From Podarcis filfolensis (taxonomy: Eukaryota): DNA of 64,000 nucleotides. The position numbers were made by a program, and so were the translations under genes. This document shows, piece after piece, positions 13,170 to 22,700 of the stretch. The DNA is taken from NCBI GenBank assembly GCA_964270895.1, contig OZ185450.1; one strand, written 5' to 3'. The notes beneath the pieces were generated by a model. It was given only the letters and a program-made list of their open reading frames with translations. It was not told where the DNA came from and made no database searches. Numbering within the stretch: the stretch's first letter is position 1; every line of letters starts with the position of its first letter.

Positions 13170-16100
13170 GAAGCAATAAACTTGACATGTTTATTAATTA
13201 AACTATCACTTAAATAAAAAAGTGCATAGAAAATAAACATGTTTAAAAACTCCTTTTTTTGTACAACTATATACACTTGTTTTTACATTCAGTCTTTCAT
13301 GGAACGTTTCAGTCATTTCTTGAACTACTGAAAGTACTTCCTTCATCCCTGTGACGATGACAGGGAATTAACACTGATGCAGCACGAGAGACGCGTTTCC
13401 TCTTTTTAAAGAAAACAAACAAACAAACAAAAACCCAAACAATCTGGAAGAACACAAGAAATAAAACGAAGAGAGAGAGAGAGATTGGTTTTACATGATA
13501 AGTTGCTTTTTCTCTGGAACAAAACCCTGTTTGCGTAGCTTTTGCACGGTTTGAGACAATTATTCACTACCTTGAGCTATTAAAAGACGGCTACGTTGAA
13601 TCAAAGGAACATCACGAGCACAGTTCTCGGCTGAGAGGCAAAGCTGCAGGACCTTGTTAAGGTACCAGGAAAGCAGATGATGCCGTTTTGGTACCTCAAC
13701 AATCAGAACCCAGGAGGAGGCAGCGAAGGCGGCAAGAAACAAGTTGTACAAGAACTGACTGTTAACACTGAAGGTCAGGAGAATTCATAGCCAAGCCCCC
13801 AACAGCTTCCTGGGGGTTTGCATGCAGGCAGACTGAGCCAGAGCATCCACCCCTCCACCCCCCGGTCCCTTACCCAGTCCTCCTTAGAGGAGGGAGACGT
13901 CAACTGGCCCCGAAGCCTCTGGCTTGCTGGTTTTCCTGCCTTTTGAGCAACTGGAACACAACTCTTATCTATAGTGTTAAAGAGAATTCAAAGCCAGGCT
14001 TCAAGACATGGTGCAGTACGATATTTGTTCCTATATATACCATATTTATAGTTATAAAAACTTGCAGGTGTGTGGGAGGAGGAGATGGTGGAGGGGAGGA
14101 GGATGGAGCAGCAATCTGGGTGAGAACGACATGATTCTGCACAAAGAACAAGAACCCGGTATTGCTTCGCAAGGGAGGACAATGAAGAGAAGATTATTAT
14201 ACCCCAGCCCTTTGCAGTGACCCGCTTTTCCTTTAAAAAAATAAACACCTTAAAGGTTTGACTCTTAGTATTCTCAGGTATCATGATCTCTGTCAGTCCT
14301 TAGAAATTATACATTCATATTGCCAGGAAGCCGCGTGGAGCTCCTCCCTTTGCTCCACGGATCAGAGCCAACACAACTGGCCAAGACCCCAACCCTTCCT
14401 TCTCTCCGTTCCTGCTGGCCTCCCCATGGAGCCCAGGCACAGTGGCATGCATGCCTTCTTCCCTTGGGTTACTGGCCATAGTGGCTGCCTGCTGCTGAGC
14501 TCAGTCAGAACAGGGTTTAGCAGCAGCAACAGCAGCAGCAAATGTCAGTGAGCTTGGACCCCAGCCCAGCTCTGCCCTGAGCCACATGCTTGTGCTCCTC
14601 CTCCTCCTGTTCCTTGCTTGGAACTTCCTTGTGGAAGAGAGGAAGAAGCAAGGGACGGAACTCTCTTTTGACCTGGCAGCAACTGGCCCAGGGCTTTGGT
14701 AGCAGCAGGGGACACGCAAATTATGTTCCTCTTTGGCCCACAGGATGTGGCAGCCTGGAACAGGAAAGCTGGAGGGCTACTCGATTCCCCCAAAACTCTG
14801 CCACATTCACCACAGGCAACCCAAACTTGGGTTTTGCACCCCCCCCCATAGGAGAAATGGACACATGCCCTGTACCACTCCAGCTGGAGCGGAAGGCTTA
14901 GTAAGTGCTGGCCTGTCCTCCCCAGGCAACTGGAAGCTGGGCTGCAGGAGAGGCAAGATCTTCATAGGGAATGTGCTTGTTGGCCCAAAAGAAGCCTGGC
15001 TGCTGCTGCGGCTTTACTAGGCAACCATAGGAAGGTTTCCTTGCAGTTTCAGAGCCAAGGAAGTTTAATCTGGTGGCATGAGATGGAGCAGACCAGAAAT
15101 GTTGGGTTACTGAGGTGTGGCGTGGCGGGATTTTGGCCTCTTCCCAAGAGAGAGGAAGGTCAGGGGGTCCCCTCTGTGCTGTACTCCCACCCCCATGTTA
15201 AAACCCAGCATCAATGCTGGGTTCAAACACCTCTTGCAGATGTGTGTGTATCTTCTCTCCCACAATGTGTAATTCGAGGTCCAGCCGAAGCTTCCAGAAA
15301 ACTGGAAAGGTTCTCCCCGCTGCCCCCACTGCTCTCTAGAGGAAGGTTCAGACTGCAGGCCTGGCCAGCAACCTCCTAAAGCCCATCCTATTAAAATAAT
15401 AAGGTCATTAAAAACTGATTCTTTTAAATTAGGATGACAACCACAATTGAAAAAATAGTTTCACAAGTGCTCTTCGCTATGAAGTGCTTCTCATAGAAAA
15501 ATATACAAAATATATTTACATTTACAAAACCTTAAATACTAAACTGTAAACAGAAGAACCAAGTAAAATCCAATGACATAATAATTCAAGAGGGTGCAAC
15601 TGAAGGAGGCTGAAAGGAAGTTGTGCTGCTTGTGTTTGCTTTTAAACGGGCACATGATCCCACTAGGGAGATCCATCACCTTCTGGGTCCCCCAATCTTG
15701 GACCAGGGAACCCACAGCCTCTAGCTCACTGGGAGTGTTGGCACTCCCTGCCTTTTCCTATGTCAGAGAGCAGCTGGTAGGGAAGGAAATGTTATCAGCT
15801 GCTGTAGGCTGGTGCTCAGAGAGGCGCCAGGCCCACTGCCTGTGGGGCTCAGTTTCCTCTGGAGTCCCAACTGGAGGGCAGATGCAGGGCAGGGAGAGGG
15901 CTCTAGGGACTGAATGCCTGGCAGGACAGCCTGCTTCCTAGGGCAGGGAGTCCACCTTGGCTGCACTTCTAACCTAACCTCACCCAAAGCGCATGGAAGC
16001 CCTCAGTCCGCATTGCTTGCCTGCTCAAATACTGATGAGCTATTCCTCGACAAGTCATGGGAATTTCAGGGAAGAGCAACCAGAGGCAAGACACAAGGGC

Positions 16101-16431
16101 AGCTCACGGAGACCTGCAGGCCGTGTCTCCAAATCTGAGGAGGCAAGGGCCCACCAAAGTGTGCGGGAAGGGAAGCCCCACCTCTCAAGGCAGTCCTTGG
16201 CTGCTGCAGCAGCCCAACACTCCAGCAGTTTTCCTTGCAAGATGGGACAACGAAGGCCATCATCTGGGCAGGACCTTTCACAAAGCCAAGGAGGCAGCAA
16301 ATACCAGGCCTCGGCCACCTGCTGCCTGGCTTGACCTACTTGCCATGGGAGGGCCACCCCACCCACCCCACCTTCCACACGCCTGAGACTGGCGGAGCCC
16401 AACCCCTACGACAGCCAGGTCAGGTCAGCGT
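13170..16431 (-). other. KMT2A: KMT2A 3'UTR (~3.2 kb)
   Basis: Runs from the stop to AATAAA at 13195-13190; AU-rich blocks at ~15380-15600 and ~13200-13560; nearly TE-free; 3' end approximate. Confidence 0.75.
13190..13195 (-). terminator. KMT2A distal poly(A) signal AATAAA
   Basis: mRNA reads ...tttaattAATAAAcatgtcaagtttattgc, with U-rich upstream and downstream elements. Confidence 0.75.
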
Positions 16432-16707
16432 TCAGTTGAGGAACCGGCGGCATTTCTTGGCACCGCAATTGCAGGGCAGCTTGTTGCTGGCGTCTTCGAT
16501 AGGGAACTTGTAGTCGTAGGTCAGCTCCTCGCCGCGGTAGATCTTGCGCATGGCAAATATGACTATGTGCTTCTGCCCATCAATGTTGATGACTCGGGAG
16601 TAGCAGTTGGGCTCACAGGAGTGGTTGATGAAGCGGGCTGCGTTTCCGTGCATGGTGGCGTCCACCACCTCAGAGTCATCAATGCGGAACATGTAGCAGC
16701 CGATGCC
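16432..16707 (-). CDS. KMT2A: KMT2A exon 36 coding part (SET-C, post-SET, stop)
   Basis: [10 protein letters not shown]...[11 protein letters not shown]...[13 protein letters not shown]. Confidence 0.97.
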   Translation of the reverse strand, partial: GIGCYMFRIDDSEVVDATMHGNAARFINHSCEPNCYSRVINIDGQKHIVIFAMRKIYRGEELTYDYKFPIEDASNKLPCNCGAKKCRRFLN

Positions 16708-19700
16708 CTGGGCCAGGAGAGGAGGGGGCAGGGAGAGAGGATGGGCTGGTTTCAGGTCACAGGGCACCACCACAGCTAACCCTTCAGACAAGACCAGCTG
16801 CAACATAAAAGCCAACCTATGCCTGTTCAACACGCCTTTTAAAAGGTTAAAAGGTTGCCAAAGGACGTAGTTCACACATGCCAGGGAGAGTCTGTAAAGT
16901 TTCTGCGAATTGTTACAGGTCTTTATTATAATGTATTCTTTATTTATGACTTATGCTTTTGTTTTAAAAAGAAAGTAAGCCACTTGGAGATTTTTAAAGC
17001 AGAGGCTGGATGGCCATATGTCATGGAGGCCTTAGCTGAGATTTCTGCATTGCAGAGGATTGGACTAGAGGACCCTCCCAATTCTACAATTCTATTTCTT
17101 TTTTGTGCTGCAAGCATAAGAAAACTTCACTAATCATAATAGTACAACTGGGGGCCTCATTCCAATCAGGATTTACATTTCAGCCTATGTCGTAAGAGTG
17201 CTGCTAAGGCTAGCAACCTGATGGCTTTCTTGTCCAAACACGGAAAGGCTGAGCCTTTCCCCAAACCTGAGCCCAATAAGGCTCAAGGAGCCCCAAACCA
17301 GTTTCCTGAATAGGGAAGGCAGGAGCAGAGCCAACTCCAGATCCCTGCATGAGGATTTGCTAGACACACTGGCAAAATCTGGGATGGAGAGCCATGCCTT
17401 CTATGATGTGGAGGGGGGCGGGGAGAATGCATGGCAAGAGCCCAACAACCCTTCCACCCTCTCTGCCCCAGCAATTGCCAGATCTTGCAGCAGCCCCTGC
17501 CTGCACCTGAGAAGGACCTGACTACCAGCTCCTAGGAAAATCAGGTACCAATCCTGTCACCTCAAGAGGCTCCTAGGACAAAATGTCCTCTCCTGACGGG
17601 AGAACAGGGGCCACTGCGAGGGAGGACTAGCTGCTCTCTGAGCCATCTTCTGCTCCCCAGTTTTCCTGAAGGCAATAGCAACAGAACCTCTCTTCTCAGC
17701 AACCCAGAAAAGGATTACAGGCAAGCTGTCACCCTACCTGCACTGGGAGCTGGGCAAGAAGGAAGGGTCGCCAACCCACTAAGGGGTAAATTCAACCTAA
17801 TTTACATAATCCTGCCTAGTGAAGGAAGTGGGAGGGACAACCCAGCCAAGGACCCCCCTCCCTTCTGCAGGAAAATCAACCTCTTCCTGTGCAGCCACCA
17901 CTTCTCATCCCTCTTTTGCTTCCAAGGCTTAAGTGCTGGCACTTGCCTTACGTAAGGAGGAACTGCTCAAGTGCGGGCAGGGTGACCCCTGACTGTGCAT
18001 TCCAACCAAAGAACCCAGGGCCTGCTTTTCCCAGTGCTTTACTGAAGGCCTAGGAAGCCCTTGTCCTCACTCAGGAGAACCTCAGGGCCCCTGTGGCCAG
18101 CACTCATGACCAGCTGGGTTTCAGCAGTGTCTCCGCTGTTGCTAAGGCTTACCTTGCTGTCATAGTACTTCTCACGCTTGTCAGTTAGGATGGAACGGAT
18201 CACGTTGCCGGCATACTCGATCACCATCTCTCCTGCATCGATGTTTCTTTTGCAGAACAGGCCCCGGCCGTGGATAGGAGACCTGCCAAGGAGGAACACA
18301 CAGCGCAGCCACGGGTGTTAGGTGCTGCAACCATAGAGGTAGCAAGCCTCACCCTGAATGTGGAGGCAGGCAGGCAGGCAGGCAGGCAGGCAACCCAGCT
18401 AGGAGCAGATCTGTCCACATGACCTAGGAGAGTCGTTCCAGGCGCTTTCTCATTGCTGTTCTGCTAAGCCCTGCTGGCTCAGGCTGTTCTACCCTCCCCA
18501 TCGTTTATCCTGCCAAGGTGGCCTCCACCTACCAACAGTGGCGGAGAGCAGGCAGGGGCGTGGCGTGCATCCTGGGGGCGTGGCGCGCCACCTGCGGGGG
18601 CGTGGCATCCAGCGGGGGCAGCTGTGATGGAACCCCACCGGGATCGTGCTGCCGGGGGCAATGTGCTCCCCCTGCCCCCCCTTCCTCCACCAGTGCCTAC
18701 CAACTCCCACGCACCTACCTGTAGACACCAACTGCCTCCTTGGAGGTTTTCTTCAAGTGTCGGAACCGCATGGGCATGGGAAGGTCCATGCTGGTTGCTC
18801 TCCTGAAGAGAGGAGGAAAGAGGCTGCTTGAGAGAGTTCAACCAATGGGGCCTTTGAGCTGCCAAGCCCCACCTTGCTCCGCAAGCCACTTTGCAGTGCC
18901 AACTGCTGAGAGGCTGGCTTATGGGGCAGCTGCAGGAGGCAAAATCTGCACTCCTTCCCCGTTCTTTAGTTTCCCACCACTGCCGACGAGATCGAAAAGG
19001 AGCAGCCTTCTAGCCCTCCCCACCAACTCGCCTCCGCACCCGCTATGTACCGGGCAGACTTCAGCTGCACCTCCTCTTCCTCCTCATCGTTGGGGTTGTA
19101 CTCTGGCGGCTGGCGGTGCTTAGAAGCCAGGAAATTGAACATGTCGAAGGCAGACTTCCTGCAATGCAGATCCAAGAGGCGTGAGACTGGCTCTCAGGAT
19201 TAACGGGCTGCCTTACAAGCCACACAATGCTCCTCTCTCCTCCGGGACAATGCAATATTCCCAGACTGGCTGCCAGAAGCCCACTAGGCTCTACACTGGC
19301 TCCCCATACTGTGTGGAGAAACTTCAAAGTGTCTGGTCTGAGCTAAAACCACAGCAGCCCCTTTGTAGAGCCTTCTGTGGGATTCTAGCAACCTTTTCCT
19401 CCCTGGGGGTAGAGATACTACTTCCATCATGTGACCCTCCTTGTCTTGGACAGTTGGGGCAGTTAACCATTTCTTTCCCGGATTGCTCCTATATGCCAAC
19501 TAGGGAGCACCTGGGCCCAAGTGTGTTCAATGATGACAGGCTATTCATGTGCCTCCCTCCCAAACTGATATTCGTACAAGAATTTATTTTCACTGTCTCT
19601 CCACAGAAAGCCTCACCCCCAAACCATTGAAGGATCTCTGAAGCAGGTGCTTTGGTTTTAATGAGAGCAGAGTCTGCCACTGACCTGAAGTGCACTTCAG

Positions 19701-22700
19701 CTCTGGCAGAGCCATGTGGGTTCACTGGGGGCTCCTTGGCCTCCTCTGGCTTATGGAACCGGAACTTGTAGTTGTGGCAGTGCTTTGCTCCAGACAGCTG
19801 TTCTATCAGGAACACAACAGCATCGTGCAGAATTCCCAGCATCCTCAATCCGCTCACACCTGGAATAAGGAGAGAGTAGACAGGGAAGGCAGCTTGCTGG
19901 TAGAAGAGGCTGTCCAGCCCAGGCTGAGCCCAGTGGCTCCCTTCAGTCCTCCTTGTAAGAAGAAGCCAGGTGGTGGTGGCGGCAACATGGCCCAGCCTTT
20001 AGGCAAAAAGCAGCTCAAGAAACTGGTGGAGCAGCTCAAATGGGCCCAAATCTCCACGGCCAGGCATGGGCTTAAAAGATGCAGAGGGTGTCCTAAAAGA
20101 AGCACAAACCCCATTCTTTGTCCTTAAGCTGTTTGTGCAACCAAAGTACTGTATCCTAAGAAAACAGGGCATCCTGTGAGACTCTTTCTAGTGTTTATGT
20201 AGCGCAAGGAAGCAGGCCCAGGTGGCAAAGTCCCTGCCTAGGTCTTGGCCTACAGGACAGCAGTGACATTCAAGGCACTTTCTTACTGTCTTCCTATCCA
20301 TGCAAGGGGTTTGGAATTCCCAACCCTGCTGCTGCCTTTCTTACCTGCAAAGGATAGCTGCTTCAAGCGGGCATTGGAACGAGCCTCCTGAACCTTGTCA
20401 GTCAGGGATTGCCAGGCCTCTGAGATGAAGATAAACAAGAAATGATTCAGTGGGAGGGAGGGGTGTCCCAGAAAAGCTTCCCTTTCGCTCCTTTTTAAAC
20501 CGTAAAATTCACAATTGCTGCCAGGTGGCTCTGCATTCCTGCAAATTTCATGCAGGGCTGCCCCCTGCAGCACTTGGAAAGGGTGCAAAGCAGTTAAAGG
20601 TGACCTTTGTAAGATGAGCACAGCGAAAATGCATCTAACCCCAAAGCAGCTGCATCAGATGTCACCTGCCCCACCTGCCCCATTTCCCACCTTCAATACT
20701 TTCAGCACAGATCTGAAATCCATCATCGCTTGAGATCTCAAAGATCAATCCTTTCTTGGGCTTCTTCTCAGCGAGGCTCTCCTTTCTCTTCCGCTCTTGC
20801 TGCAACCAGAACATGAGTGGGGAGCTGAAAGTGCTCTCTTCATCCTCAGAAGCTCTGGAGTCTGGAAGGAAAACAAGATCTTCTTACCTCCAGAGTCCTT
20901 GGCAAAGCCAAAGCCACCAAATAATGAACATTAAGAATGTAGGGAAAGGCTCTCATGAACTAAGAGAGCTGCTGAGGGCTCTCTCAAGCAGGGCTGTCAT
21001 ACAAGGAGAATCATAGGGCAAGCTTACAACTGGGAGCAATAATAGTAATTTTATTACTGATACCCTGCCCATCTGGCTGGGTTTTCCCAGCCACACTGGG
21101 TGGCTTCCAGCAAGGTATAAAAACATAACAAAACAAAAAATTATTTTGAAGATATATGTGCCTTTCCAAATGGAACATCTGTGAATTGGTGCTCAGTTTG
21201 TACTTGAGGTCGATGGACAACATACCTGTGGGCTCTTGCTCACTTGCAGTGCTCTGTGCTGTCTGTGATTCTGGAACAGATGCCGTTTGCCTGTAGAGAG
21301 AAGCACAGCTGGAAACAAGGCAAGAATCCGCTCCTGTTTCAACAACTGAAGCCTTTTAGGAGTTTTGATTCCCCAGCAGATGCCAAAGGGAGAAGCTAAA
21401 CAAAACACTCTGAGCCATGAGTCTCCACTGAATGGAGAGGCCTGCTACTTATAATATGTTTGGCTGAGTGGCAAGCGCTCCAAAAAATGGACCAAGCCAC
21501 AGCACAGCACTGCCCGTCCTTCTAAACAGTAGGGCAGGTGGAAAACTGGGATGTTCAATGCAAAGAACATCACTTGGAGCTTTCTGAGAGGGGTCTCCAT
21601 GTTTTAGGCAAGTAGAGAAAACTTAAAGCCTCTGAGGTCAGCAGTAGAGTGACCCTACCGTAGGTTCTGGTTATCAGTGTTTCATTGTTGGAACTGCCCA
21701 AAACATATTAAGAAGTGTGCTTGCTTTCTTGGGGCAGAACAATGTTTGTGCAGCCAGGCACATGTGTACCTCTGCCTGCCAACATCCCTCCCGCCCCACA
21801 AGCATACATAAAACACAGACACTCTTGATGTGACCACAACCTAAGAGACTGCCTTACCTGTCTGCCACTTTGGGTGGGGGCTGCTCTACACTTGTGGCCC
21901 CTTCCTCTTCTTCCTCCATGTGCATCTTCAGGGTAGGAATCCTGGAACAGACAAGATTATTCAGGAATACTACAATGACTAGTCACAAGCCAGATAATGC
22001 TCCACTTGCAGCCAACACAAGACTGACCTCTCTGGCTCTCCAAGAAGCAAAATTTATCAAGCAGCATTTACAAGATAAACTCCATTTAAAAACGTAGCTG
22101 TTGGATTTTCTAAAGGAATCTCTCATAATAATATGGAGTAAAAGAGGTGATCTTGAGCTGCCACTGAGGCAGTCAAATCTAATTTCCACCCCCACACTTT
22201 CCCGCTTAGTACAGTCCCATCACTGCCGCAAATAAAGCAGATCAGTAGCATGAACAGCTAGCAGCTCAAGCAGCTTCTCCCTCTTTCCTTCAAAGAAAAG
22301 GCCCTCAAGCATCACAGCTCATATTCAGGAGCTGCATCAAATACACGACAGCTTCCTGGTTCAAATGGCAGACAAGCAGACTGCCTGCTGGCTTCTGAAT
22401 GAAGCTTGTTTTCCATCTAGGCTTTGTTACAGAAGTTTCTACAGCAGAAGTACTAAAGAAAAAGAATGACAGGTTCAGAAGGGGCTGGGAAAACAGGGGG
22501 GAGACCAAAGACCTCCATCTCTTACCCTCCAGCCAAGTCCTGGGCTGCAGAGTTGGTGCCTTGCTGGGGAATGTGCTTCTCAGGGGAGCTGGACCAGAAG
22601 TGAGACATCTTGTGCTTCTTCCCAGACCCTTTGCTGATGCTGCTGTCTGATGAGGGCTGAGACCGTTTCACTTTGGCTTTGACCTTCATGGAGGAGCTTC

